Positions 1 through 13,125 of a stretch of DNA of 64,000 nucleotides are shown here, one piece after another (positions within the stretch are counted from its first letter, which is position 1; the number at the start of each line of letters is the position of its first letter). Made by a program: the position numbers and the translations under genes. The DNA is from the human T2T-CHM13v2.0 reference genome, Homo sapiens, in assembly GCF_009914755.1 (NCBI RefSeq), contig NC_060937.1. One strand, given 5' to 3'. The notes under the pieces are model-generated. The model was given only the letters and a program-made list of their open reading frames with translations. It was not told the origin of the DNA and did not search any database.

Positions 1-984
1 TTCCTCTCATGCCAAGCTCCTCAATCAACCTGCTTCTGATGTGGCTTTTTATATTGGGGAGGAGAGCTGGTTATGCTGCTTCAAATATTGGGGACTTTGC
101 AACAGGCCTACATGTAGTTGTATTCTGGTTTTGTACATCCGTTTGTCAGTTTGATTCTTGTGAGTTTACACTGAGAGCTTGTGTTCACTCTCAGTACTCT
201 GGAAGCATTCAGATTTTGAGCCTGAAATGGTGAGGGAGAAGATGCTATTGCTATGAGGAAACATGCAGGTGGCCAGCCAGTCTTTCTCTGCTGATGCTTG
301 GATGCATTGCTGTTGGCCAAGATAAAGACTATTTGCACTTTTATTATAGCCACTTAGATTTCTCTGTTGTTTGGCAAAGGTGGAGACGTTGGTTCTAAAA
401 GTAAGCTTCATATGTTTCCAGGAAGAATAAGGAGAGCTTAAAGAAACTAGGAGAAATAGCCTTCATCAACTAATATAATTTCAGCCAATGCTTAATCGTA
501 TGTGTATATACTAGATTTCACCTTGGGACATATTTGGGGAGTTATAGAACTTATCTCATCCAGTTTTCTTATAGTCAGCTGTTTAAACATGTGGTACAAC
601 AATCATAAAAGTGCCCATCATTAAGGGCTAACCTGATGTTTGTGGCTCACCCGAGACCAGTCCTATTGGCTGTGTGTTTCTCTCCAGCTCTGAGCCATGG
701 GGAGGAAGCAGACACAAAGGAAGTGGAGCATTGGGTTTAACTGGGATTGGAGTTTTACCAAATGAGCATGCAAAGAGAGCAAACCACCGCAGAACCAAAG
801 GTGTGAGCCAAGGAGCGCTTCTGATGATCAACCATGGATTTGAAGTGGGGAACAAGGGAAGGAGGGACGTGAGAAGGGTGGGGTACAGTGAAAATGTGTG
901 GGAACAATGGACAGTCAGTCTTGGGAGGCTAAAGGATTGATAGAGGTGTGGTTCTAGAGGAGTGAATTGGAAAGATGGGAAGTA

Positions 985-1250
985 AGGGTGGTAAAGTAGG
1001 TTGGTTGAAATTGAGAAAATTTGTGGACCCTGGAGCCAGACAAACGTGAGTCCAAAACCAGTCTCTGACAATTGCTGTGTGATAATGCTAGTTGCTTCTT
1101 CTTTCTCTGCCTCAAGATTTTTTTTTTAATTTCTAAAATGGCAATAGTAATATCCACTTTATAAAAAAAAGCTACAAAGATCAAGTGTTGTAATGGATGT
1201 AAAGAACCTAGCACAGTGAATGGCAAATATTTGATACTTTTAGTAAATGT
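985..1250 (+). mobile_element. MIR SINE relic
   Basis: ctggagccagac...gctgtgtga...ctctgcctca...aaaatggcaatagtaata...gtaaagaacctagcacagtg follows the MIR consensus order; boundaries approximate. Confidence 0.6.
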
Positions 1251-1297
1251 CAACTCTTGCATTTCTACTGCACAGTAAAGCCTTGAAAGCAGGAGCA

Positions 1298-1298
<1 letters not shown>

Positions 1299-1346
<48 letters not shown>
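1299..1346 (+). repeat. (CA)24 microsatellite
   Basis: direct read. Confidence 0.98.
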
Positions 1347-1348
<2 letters not shown>

Positions 1349-3101
1349 CACACCCTCACTCAATGCCATAAATGTCTGCTGAAAAAGAATTCAGAGCTGG
1401 GCCCCGGTGCCTTGGGGATATGCGAGTCCAGATCATGAGTTTGGATCACAAGCTTCTCAGGGATTCTCACAAACATCTTGGGTTCAGGATGGATTGAGAT
1501 AGGGGTGGGTGGGTAGGAGGAGCATCAACACAGTATGTGAGAGTTGGGGAAAAATGACAAGGTTTCTTACTTTTAAAATTTGGTTTTCATTAATCATAAT
1601 TCTGTTTGAGGGAAACCTATGGAACCTGAAAGTTCTGATAGTGGTGTTTTTTTAAAATATGTAAGAAATGCTTTTGAAACAATGTGTTCTCTGCTGTTGT
1701 TTTGAGGAGTCCTTAACTGAGAAATGCTCTGTGGGGTCCTTGGAGAATTTTTTAATATATGAATATCATGAGGAGGCGTTTCTTCAGTTAGTCCCTGATG
1801 AGGTAAACAGAGTCAGTGGACACTTTCTGGAAGTTCCTGAGGCTGGGGGACAGGGCAGCAGGTGGGAACTGTGCCCTTGTGCTTTGATTTCAAGTTCTCT
1901 CTTTAGTAATCAGGTCACTCAACAGTGTCCAAACTTTGTAACCAAAATAGTCTTGCTGGAGATGCTCAATTTTAGGCTCAGTAATGAGACACATTGAGAC
2001 ATAATTATGACATACATCTGAGGTCCTCATTTTGGGAAGAGGAGTGAGGAGTCATTATGTCAAGACACAACAAAAGGGCCAAATGAATAGAAAACCAATC
2101 AATAAATGGATGGATACGTGGAAGGAGTCATACTTTGAGAGGGAAGATTGAGGAATTCAGGGTGGGAGTAGTTGTCAGGTAATGAAGACCATGAGGACAA
2201 GAGTTCTACACACAGAGAGCTATGTGCTTGAAGAAAAGGAGTAGATCCATTTCCTTCATGCTTTAGTTGGTAAAAAATGTTGATGGCAGGACTGTGAAAT
2301 TATTCCACAGATATCTTGAAATCATGCAAAAGGTCTTTGAGGTCATCAGCAGGTAGGATGAGGACAAGAATTAACACCAGGTGAAAGGAGAAATGTGTGG
2401 AGAAAGGAACCCTGGAGAACTTAGGAGGAAAGGATGCTGAAGAAGAAGGGTATCAAAAAGAAAAAGGTTAGAACCATGAGACTATTGGAGGGAATGCTGG
2501 AGGCAGCCTTAGGGAAGGGTAGGGGCAGAGAAGGCCAGAGCTAGGCTTCTTGGTGAGGAAGCTTAACCCCGTTCCTGGTAAGAGAGTCCAGCAATTCTGT
2601 GCTACATCTGTCAGGCACTCATTATATCGAACACGCCAATGACTGATGGTCTTATTAAATCAAACTTCAAAAAAAGATCAAGGCTGTTTAGGAAGATACC
2701 TAAGGAAAAAAAGGATCAAGGCTGCTATAAAAATGAACTCAGCATTGCATAGTTTTATATTTTTTTCTAACCATTACATGCATTAGTCATCACCTCGAAA
2801 AAGCAGCAAAAAGATAGATGTGCCAAAAGTGGTAGAGAAAACATGCCAACATTCAAAGAATAATTAATGAAAAGTGTTGCAGTTTTAACACAACAAATTA
2901 AAGTCAGTCCCAGTCTTCCCTAGTTCTTCTCAAGGGAGCCCAGGATCTCCATCCCCTGGATACAGCCATGCCTGCTGCCTGTCCTGACATTGCCCCAGGC
3001 TACAAGTTTAATGAAAGCTTCATTACCATAGTTCTGAGTCTGGTGTCTGTCATATCTGAGTAAATCACCCAGCTATGAATCTCGTGAACTCATTGTACTG
3101 A

Positions 3102-3447
<346 letters not shown>

Positions 3448-4939
3448 TAGAATGGGTTTTTACTTTTCAAAACTTCATTGTGGCTGGACCCCTGCATTCC
3501 ACTGAGGTCTGATGTGCTAAGTTCCTGATGCACTTCCTGCTCCTTGCCACCTTACTCTCCTCCAGTATTAACATTCTCCCATCCTCCCTCATCTTCCTAC
3601 CCTCCCCCACCAGGTGAGAAAGATTTGGCTCCCCAGTTGGCTGACTGGCGTTCAGAGATAGGTTCCTGATTCCCTACCATGGAGAAGTTGCTTGCAAGAG
3701 AAACCCAGCATTATAAACGAACTTTCAAAAGGGTCAGTTAGACAAGTTGGCTGTGACATGAGGGTTAATTAGGGAACTTGAAATGTAATATTCTTTCTGG
3801 CACAGAGGATTCTGTTGTCCTCCAGGCTGCATGACTTAAGACAGCAATGGACAGTTTCCAGACCCCAGTTGCAAGCGGGCAGGGTCAGAGCTTCTAATTC
3901 TGCTAGGCTGAGTCAGTTTTTGGTGCCTAGATGGGTGTGGCCAAGAACGCAGATGGCAGGTAATCATTAGGGGATGTTGGGATGGGTCTGGGACAGGCTG
4001 AACTTGACAGCTGTGGTTCTGATTCACAAGGGCAGGCACCACTTCCCCCAAGGACCGTGCAAGCCTCACCATCTTATACCATGTTGTTTTGTTGTGTGTG
4101 TTTATTTTTCTTTAGTTATCCCTTAGTTGTTAAGAAACTAGACATATAGATTATTGACCTAACGCTTGTTTACCCTAGAAAGGTTCTGGTTGCTGCGCTT
4201 CACCTTGCCAAGGACCCTTAGGTAGGGCTGCCAGCCAAGTCAGCTGACTTTACCTGCTCCTCACACATTATGACTTAGGCTGTTGTGACTGCTGCAGGGC
4301 CTGCCACAGAAATGTGGTTAACTCTTGACCCCAGGCTTTGTTACAGGTATACCTCTTTCCTGCTGTTCTCAGATGCAGCCTTATGTGCAGCTTTTGGCTA
4401 GGACCCAACAGTCATCATAAAAGACTGACCCTATCACTGTCACTAACTGCCTCTACAACCTTCAGCATATCACAGCACCCAGATTCCATGTTCCTCATTT
4501 GGAAGAGCAGGTGGAGAGGGGTTGGCCACTAAAGATAACGAAACTAAAGCTGCCATAATTCTAAGAGATTTAACCATTACTTTCTATAGGCATTGAACTC
4601 AGTGGCTCTAAATCAAATTATTTATTATCCTTAATCATGATTATATAAGGCAAATTCTGCCCTTTAAACTCTCTTAATGAAATAGAAATATTTAAAGACA
4701 ACTACCAGCTTTGTTCTCTTCCTCCTTCCCATCCTCCCTTCTCTTCCCCATTCTTCCTTTTCTTCCTTCCCTTCTTCCTTTCTTTATTTCTCAATTTGAA
4801 ACAAATACGTTAGAAGTTCAAGTCACCTCTTTGCAGAGACAAATTATTCCAGCAAAAAACTAGAAATATCCGGTCTAGATTATCCCTATGTATAACTTAT
4901 GTATTTAAAAGCCTTGGAATCCATCTATTATCTATCTGT

Positions 4940-4945
4940 CATCTG

Positions 4946-4984
<39 letters not shown>

Positions 4985-5026
4985 GTCTGTCTATCTACCT
5001 ATCTATCTATCATCTATCTATCATCT
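4940..5026 (+). repeat. compound (TCTA)n/(TCTG)n tetranucleotide STR
   Basis: direct read. Confidence 0.95.
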
Positions 5027-6329
5027 TTAAACCCTTGGAATCCATCTATTAACTGTCATCTATCCACCCATTCATCATCTGTATTTCTAGAGAAATATCT
5101 ATGCTTTTAGAGTTTAATAAGATAAAGTTTTGATTAGCTATTATTTTAAAATAACGTTAATCTAAAGCAACATTTTTAAAAAGTATAGTCTTAACATTAC
5201 CTATATAGAGGAACCTGAGATGTTTGCTAAAAGTACAGGAATCTGACTGCAGGCTGAGAATCACTATTACCAACAAGACTGCACACCCCTGCCCCCAACA
5301 TTCTTAAGCACATCATATTCTGAGAAACCTGCATGTGAAGACTTTGAAACCACAATATATCATGCAATGTAAAGGACTATTTTGAAGTGGTAGCTAAGTG
5401 GTTGTGAGGGGTAAATATACCTCTGGGAGCCACCTCAAATCCCTTGTGGATATTAAAAGTATAAGTGAAATAAAAAGGGAATGTTATAAATAAATGAATA
5501 TGTAAAAATATCTTTAAGTAGCTATGTATCAATTTATTAATTCTGATGTTGAATGCTCTGTCCTACTCATTTTTCAAAGAGATTAAAACCTCTTTCCCAT
5601 TAAAACTTGCCAGCCTGTTAGAGCACATAGAGCTATCTATCTGCTAGAATAATAATACTTTTTCGAATTTACCAGTATTTTTCAAAATGTATTCCAAAGA
5701 ACTCTAGTTCATGAACTATCTGTACTACCACCAAACAAACAAGCAAAGAGTGAGACACATTTGCAAAAGCCCAGCCTATATAAATTATGAAAACACTACA
5801 AATTATGTACCCAGTATGTGAGCTCCATAGTGCACATTAGCTTATTACAGATTATGAGAAGCCTTACAATATGAAACTTTTAATGTTTTTAAACCAGAAT
5901 TTCTAAAACTTATTTGACCAGGGAGTCTTTTAAAAAATCATGTTTATCAATTTCTCTCTTTTCCTCTTTCTCTCCCTCAAAGCTGGTTGTGTATTTGTTT
6001 TCTATTTAATTATGTAAAGCCTTGAATTATCTTTTAATTATTGTTTAACCCTTCATGCATAATTATATGCATTCCATATATGTATATGTCATGCAGGATT
6101 GTGTGTTTTTATTTACTGAGTGGATTATTTTGTTTTTGCCTTTTAGTAGTGCTGTTGCTAAATGTCCACATAGTCTTTACTGATTGGAGTGGACTTTCTT
6201 GGTACCAATTAACTAGGATAAAACAGGCCATGAGACAGAAAATGAAAGTATGGATGGTAGGCTCTAGGTAAGCAAGAGATAACTCCATTCACCTTGGGTT
6301 TTGATATCTCTTATGCTTTTACATGATCA

Positions 6330-6570
6330 TTGTTATAAGGATGATAACATTAATACTACTTATTGTGCAGTTATGGTCTGTGATGTGGCAAGTACTTGTT
6401 ATTTCTTTTAATTCTGAGAACAACCCAATAAGGCAGGCATTATTAATGCAATTTTCAGAGGATTATAGATACTTACAGCTGAAATCTACACAGAAATATA
6501 GCAAAGCTGGGTTTTGAACTCATTTCTAACTGACCTCAAAGCCCATGATCACAACCATTCTGTCCATTGC
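6330..6570 (-). mobile_element. MIR relic
   Basis: tactacttattgtgc...tttaattctgagaacaacccaataaggcaggcattatt...gctgggttttgaactc...tgacctcaaagcccatg; approximate. Confidence 0.6.
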
Positions 6571-7833
6571 CTGCTGAATCTAGAAATTCTCAACTGTGCT
6601 TCTAAGGTGGTAAAGTTTATAGGTAGCCTCTTCCGTGTGATGTGAGGCTCGGAGCTAGACAGGGAAGTGACTCCTTAAACAGAATAAATACATATATGGT
6701 CTAAATCACACCATCACATGCCATGGTTTGCGTGTATGTGTGTGTGTGTTTGTGTGCGTGTGTGTGTGTTTATTTCTCTTTTGTTGTTTGTCCCTTAGTT
6801 ATTAATAAACCTCGCTGAAATATGCAGGCTTTACCTCAGCTGTGCTATGAATAAGTAAAGAAAAGGTGAGGTGGCCATAAATGGACCATAGAGCTCAAGA
6901 GGGAACAGTTCTTCTCACTTTGAATGGCTGCTGCTGTGATCATCAGCCAAGATTGACAGGAATTAGAAGAATGTTGGAGAAAAGATTGGTGCCTGCAAAG
7001 GTTGGCTGCCTGAGCTTTGATCAATACTCCTGTCTAATGTCTAGGATTTAGTTTTAGAAATTTAGCATTAAAAATAATATATCTTCTGTAACAGATATTT
7101 AGTAAACTAATACTTTAAGGAAGGGACCATTTTTATTATTCATTTTAAGACCCCATAATGGTTAGCATGGTAACTTGTCCCAAGTAAGTGCTCCATAAAT
7201 ACTGGTTAATAAGAGAGACTGAGCCTGTCTTCAAGTTAAAGAAGGAGGGTGTTGGGTACAAAGACAAACTTCACTCAGCACATTGCATGTGCCAGAGTGC
7301 ATTTTTAGGATTAATGAAGAAATATAACATCATTGTTTTTGATGTATACTCATTTGCTGAGGGTATATAGCCTAGTTAAGTTTTTAGTTGCTTATCAATT
7401 AAATGACATTTTGCCTTTTATGTGGTATCATTTAACAGCAGGCTACTAATCAGAATTTCATTGAGCTTTCAATTGCATGATGTAATGAGACCTAAAATGG
7501 ATATAATTTCAGGAAGTTGTTTTACCAAATTATTTTTGACCTGAGAAGGATATCCACAAAACAGTTATTTGTAGCTTCTATTATATTGAGTGGTTTCTAC
7601 TTAATTAAAATTGTGTCTCTAGCCTAGAAATTATTTTCTAAGAAATGTTTTCTTGCTAAATAAGATTGTTGTATATAGGAGAACTAACTCTATCTACTGA
7701 CTGCTGCTGCTTACTGAGGAGACAAATATATTTCCATAAAATTCAAATAAAATGTTTTTAGATTCCAGTCAAATGCCATCATCTAATGAGATGACTGAGA
7801 TGACATCTACTACCTTAAAGAAGTCAGGAATGA

Positions 7834-8150
<317 letters not shown>

Positions 8151-8647
8151 TCAAGGCTAAGACATACTTGGCTCACATCTCTGATATCGGCTAACACTGG
8201 AATCAGCATGGCCCAGAGGATAAAAACAATAAACAACACAAACAGAACAAAATAGAACAAAACACATAACTGAAAATAAAGACAACTGAATTCCAGTCCC
8301 AGCTCAGCCACTGTTGTGCTTTGTGGGTCTTGTTCTTGTACATTTCAAATCAAGAGGATGGAACTTGTTCATCTCATTGTTGTGAAGATGAAAAGTTGAG
8401 TAACTTGTGGATCTGGGTGGGACTGTATTAGGGACTGGTACAGTAAAACAATTAAAATGAAATGATCCACAGGAGACACTTCCATCAATAGGTAAGTTAC
8501 AGTGGGTGGGATAATGAGCCCTTCAACCCACCAGCGAATCAGTAGGGTAAAGCTAGCACTTCAACACATTGGTGGTGGTGGTAGTGAGGGGGTGAGTTTA
8601 TACAGCATTAAGCTTTTCTTTTATTAGTGGAAAACTCTGAGTAGAGC

Positions 8648-8648
<1 letters not shown>

Positions 8649-8692
<44 letters not shown>
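8649..8692 (+). repeat. (TG)22 microsatellite
   Basis: direct read. Confidence 0.98.
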
Positions 8693-8694
<2 letters not shown>

Positions 8695-10129
8695 TAAGAT
8701 TTTCCTATCTGTTGCCACGCTGTTTTGGAAACGGCCTACTATTTGCAGACTCACTGTCATTCACTAGTCCCGATTTTAATCACTGTTTGATCTTATATTA
8801 CACATGAAATGGTAGAATAATAATTAAATTTTGTGTCACTGTCCCTGAAGACATATTTTCATATATTAATTGCTGATTAATCTTCTACTTTTTTTTGTTG
8901 TTGCAGTTGTTATTCCGTGACATCTTATCTACTTAAGCAGCTAACCCATGAGGCATCCAAAACAGAGAGAAAAAACAGAGTGAACATTTTGCCTTATGGA
9001 ATTGTCAAAAGTTGCGGTCGAAACACAGGCAAGATTTGGAAGAATCTGTAATGAGCCAGGGCCAGTTTTCCTAGTTATAGAGCCTAGGCTGGAGGAGGTA
9101 CATGGGCTGGGGAAGGAGAGGGAATTAGAGATTGGCTGTTCCTGGAAACTCTCTGCCTGTACTCCATGGCCTGAGTCCCAGGACCTGGAAGCGGCTGAAA
9201 ATCTGAGATATAGAAGAGACTGGTGCTGCCTTTCTGGGGAGGGCTTGGGAAAACAGCAAGTTCCCTGAATTTTTCCATGGCACAGGAGCAGATGAAATGT
9301 CATGATTGGTGTCCAGGCTAGTGGACTGAGTTAACTCCCGAGAGTCCCTGTACTCTCCAGCATGGCACGAGGAGAAGCAAACCATTTTCCTATGCAGCCA
9401 TAGGAAAACGGTACAAACACGACACTGAAATTCAGCTGACCGCAAGAGCTTGATGGTCAGTGTGAGCCAGATGGAGCAGGAACATGTATGGATGGAAAAC
9501 CCAGATCCAAAGTTCATCCCCCTCTCCCGTGGATGCTCCAGCACATTGCAAGGTTTCCCAGAAACTTAGAGGCAACCTTGGCACAAGGACATGATTTGTT
9601 GGAAATTAAGTTTTGTCACCTGGGGGACTGCGAGCTTGATACGGAAATTAATTCAGTTATATAATTATAAAAATGATGCACTTTCTACACATCTGATTTT
9701 GTGAACCCAAATTAGTTTCCACAACGCAACTGTGTTAACATTTGCCAACCTCTGGGGCAACATTGGTTGTCTTTGTTGCTTTTTTCTAGAAGTTTTCAGC
9801 TCAAACTCATCTTTCCCTTTTTTATTTTCATTTCTAAATTCTGGTGAGTGGTGTTTTGATAAGTAGATATCAGCTATTTCCTGTCTTACTTGAAAAGTCT
9901 TCTCTGTATTAAATAACAAAGGTCACTTAGATAAATATCTTCTCATTACCAGAGGGTAGGGAACTGCTTCTCCTATACATAACTTCTATTATCTTTCAAT
10001 CCAGAAAAAAAAACGTGGCAGGAGGACAAGTTTTTGAATGTTATGAATCGTGATTTCTGTGTCTAAAATCTGCTCTTTTGTTAACACTAAGGGCAACTTC
10101 CTTCAAAGTGGTTCATCTTGGTCTATTAC

Positions 10130-10135
<6 letters not shown>

Positions 10136-10174
<39 letters not shown>
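10136..10174 (+). repeat. (TG)19 microsatellite
   Basis: direct read. Confidence 0.97.
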
Positions 10175-10176
<2 letters not shown>

Positions 10177-10759
10177 TAAAACCAAAGTTTCCTATTATTT
10201 TTGAAGGTATTTGGCCCTGCTGGAAGACAGCTATGTATAAGTTGAACTTGGCAGAGAGAAAGGGAAACCAGATCTTACTCCCAGGCCTCCTGTCACCAGC
10301 TGTGTGACTTTGCTGAAGTCATTTCTTTCCCCTAAGTCTCAGTTCCAATACCTATAAAGTGAGTGTTCTGCCTGTGTGTGTTTTAGGTCTTTATTAATGT
10401 TGAAATGTCCTGACTTTATGGGTTCTCATTCACTGTGATGTGGTAACCAAAACAAGCAGAGATTAATAACCAGGACTCAATAATGTAAAACACTAAAAAT
10501 TATATTTTTGCAAATTTTTGTAAACGCGGGATCATATCTCTCTCAGTGACAGTATTGGTGTGATCCATTATTGTACATTTAGTGGATAAACAGAATGTAA
10601 CTAAGAAGTGTTATCTTTGTTATCAGGGGAACGTGGAGTTGGATGTGTATGATGGGGATGGGCAGTTAATTCATAGGTTAAACACTCAACGAGGGAATAT
10701 CTCTTTATCGCTATCTCCAAAGACTCCCCACTCTTCCTCAATTTTCTTAGTAACTCACT

Positions 10760-11225
10760 GCTCAGACTTAGTTTCCCCAGAAGCAGACTATGAGACCAGG
10801 ATTTGATGCAAGCAGTTTTTTTGGAGTTGATCTCAGAAAGGCTAAGAGAGTAGAGAAGTAATACAGAGAAGTGAAGAAAGCTAATAGAAGGTCCCGGTGC
10901 TCTCTCCTGAAAGAGAGCGCTGGAAGACTGAGTAGAACATGCCCCAGAGTTGTCCCCCTCTGCTGGGGCAAGAGAACTAGGGTACTGATCAGCTAATTTC
11001 CGTGCTTCACTGGTTAAGGGCATTAACCTCCCCAAACTTCTGGCCTGTGCCCCAGATAGACCAGGCATGCTTCTGTGGCCAGAGAAAGCCCGAGGATGGA
11101 GAGTCACAGATGCTTGTGGTAGGTAGCAGGTGGTGTGTATGGAAATGGGAATGGGATGCCAAGGGGATTTGGGCAGGGCACCAAGCATCTGCCGCATTAC
11201 CCTAATCCAGGCAATAACACTCACA
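10760..11225 (-). mobile_element. ERVL solo LTR, LTR16-like
   Basis: cttagtttccccagaagcagactatgagaccaggatttgatgcaagcagttttttgg resembles the reverse complement of the recalled LTR16 3' end; subfamily uncertain. Confidence 0.65.
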
Positions 11226-11699
11226 GTATCCCAGGGATTCCCCTTCTAGCCTCGAATTCCTCTTATTCTCATTTATTTTGTATTTACTTTCTAGACCATA
11301 GTTTCTCAGATAGTAAAGGTTCTACTGACTTTCCTCATCTCTCTGCAACCTCTTTCCTGCCTAGCTTCTCTTCCATGGTCAAGCCAATACACACAGAATT
11401 TTGCCTTCCATTCTTCACTCAGGTGTTTCTTCCACTTGGAATCTGTTCCTCAGTCATTTTCACTAATCCATGTCCCTCCCAGTACACAGAATTTTTCACA
11501 GAAAACATAGTTAATCCTTTAAAAATATATTTAGATTGACTTGCATGCCCCTCTTAAGGTTTTTTCTTTCCAAATGCCTTTTTTAAAACCCCAATTTAAG
11601 AATTTCTTTAGCCAATACTACAACAATGCAGTCCTTGTTCTCCACTTCTTTCCTTTTATCTACTCAATGTTATTAATCTTTTTAGTGTAAACATCAGTA

Positions 11700-11920
11700 A
11701 CTCAATCGAGCCTTTTCTGATCCCCATGATTAGGATGAGTTTTTGTGTTGCCTACTCCAAAAGGTCTGTCCTTTTTAATGCTCACCACACTTGAGGTTTC
11801 TGTTCACACTTCAAAGGCTGTGGGGCCCGATACCATGATTTTGCTGCACTCCTAGACCTGGCCTACTGGTACATAGTAGGCATTGATAAAAATTTGCTGG
11901 AGCATTGCATAAATAAACTA
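11700..11920 (+). mobile_element. L2 3' end relic
   Basis: cctactggtacatagtaggcattgataaaaatttgctgga...taaataaa resembles the L2 3' terminus. Confidence 0.55.
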
Positions 11921-12241
11921 TGCCATTTGGGGCTGATTAACATTTTAACGAATAATTGATTTTACTTCTTCTAAGCATTTTTCTAGTGAATTTATAAATA
12001 TATTAAAGGTGGAGGCTGTTTCTTTTGTGTCCCCTCTGGAGTGCTATATACAAAGTACTTCATACAGTAGGAGCTTCAAAATGTTAGTAAACTAAATACA
12101 CACACACTCACACACACACATGCACACACGGAGGTAACTGCAAAGTCTCAGAGTATGTGCTTTGGTAAGAGGTTACTTGGACCATTGGAGCATGCTGTTC
12201 TCTCTCATGTGACACATAGCAACAATTCAAATAGAGTAAAT

Positions 12242-12604
12242 CGGGCAGGATACAATGGCTTATACCTCGAATCCCAGTACTTTGGGAGGCTGAGGCAGAA
12301 GAATCGTTTGAGGCCAGGAGTTAGAGACCAGCCTGGACAACCTAGCAAGACACTATTTCTCCAAAAAGCAGAAACATTAGCTGGGTGTGGTGGTGCACCT
12401 GTAGTCCTAGCTACTTGGGAGACTGAGGTGGGAGGATCGCCTGAGTCCAGGAGTTCGAGGTTATAGTGAGCTATGATTGCCCCACTGCACTCCAGCCTGG
12501 GTGACAGAGTGAAACACTGTTTCTAAAATAAAATAAAATAAAATAAATAAAATAAAATAAAATAAAATAAAATAAAATAAAATAAAATAAAATAAAATAA
12601 AATA
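12242..12604 (+). mobile_element. AluJ with (AAAAT)~16 tail
   Basis: tttgaggccaggagttagagaccagcctggacaac...ggaggatcgcctgagtccaggagttcgaggttatagtgagctatgattg (J diagnostics); tail 12524-12604. Confidence 0.93.
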
Positions 12605-12933
12605 GTGAATTAATTGCTGGAGAGGTACTAAGTAATAAAATTGGGCTTCAAATGGAAAAGCAATAAAAAAAATAGGTCCTGTGATTTGGAAGAGTAATGA
12701 AGGTGCTGAACATAGACACTAATTGTAAATGTGTAGGAATGCTGGGAAGAATAAAAATTTGCGGGTATGTGTGCTAATTGGTGTTAATAACAAACATACA
12801 AAGAAAAACAAATTGGGTTAAAGAATAAAAAGAAGCACAAGATTTGCAGTCATTAATTTTGAAGAAAAATGTAGGTGAGAAAAAATGAAAAAAGCAAACT
12901 AAATATTTTGAAAACAAAGAAGTTCATCAGCTT

Positions 12934-13125
12934 AAGGATACACTGGACTTTGGGAACTTGGAGGCAAGAGTGTGAGGGGGGTGAGGTAAAAAAGACCACA
13001 CATTGGGTACGGTGCTCAGGTGATGGGTGCACCAAAATCTCAGAAATCACCACTAAAGAACTTATCCGTGTAACCAAACACCAGCTGTTCTCCGAAAAGT
13101 ATTGAAATTTTAAAAAAATTTAAAA
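12934..13125 (+). mobile_element. L1 3' UTR fragment (L1PB-like)
   Basis: ggactttgggaacttg...ggtgatgggtgcaccaaaatctcagaaatcaccactaaagaacttatccgtgtaaccaaacacc followed by an A-rich tail. Confidence 0.85.

Noticed and set aside
2668-2728. Short duplication aaaaaaa(g)gatcaaggctg
   Set aside because: About 20 bp and partly poly(A); an ordinary micro-duplication.
4237-4250. Perfect 14-bp palindrome AAGTCAGCTGACTT
   Set aside because: About four such palindromes are expected by chance in 64 kb (4^-7 per position), and there is no supporting context.
10601-11224. Longest ORF (207 aa, minus strand)
   Set aside because: Lies over an LTR16-like relic; no recognisable domain.
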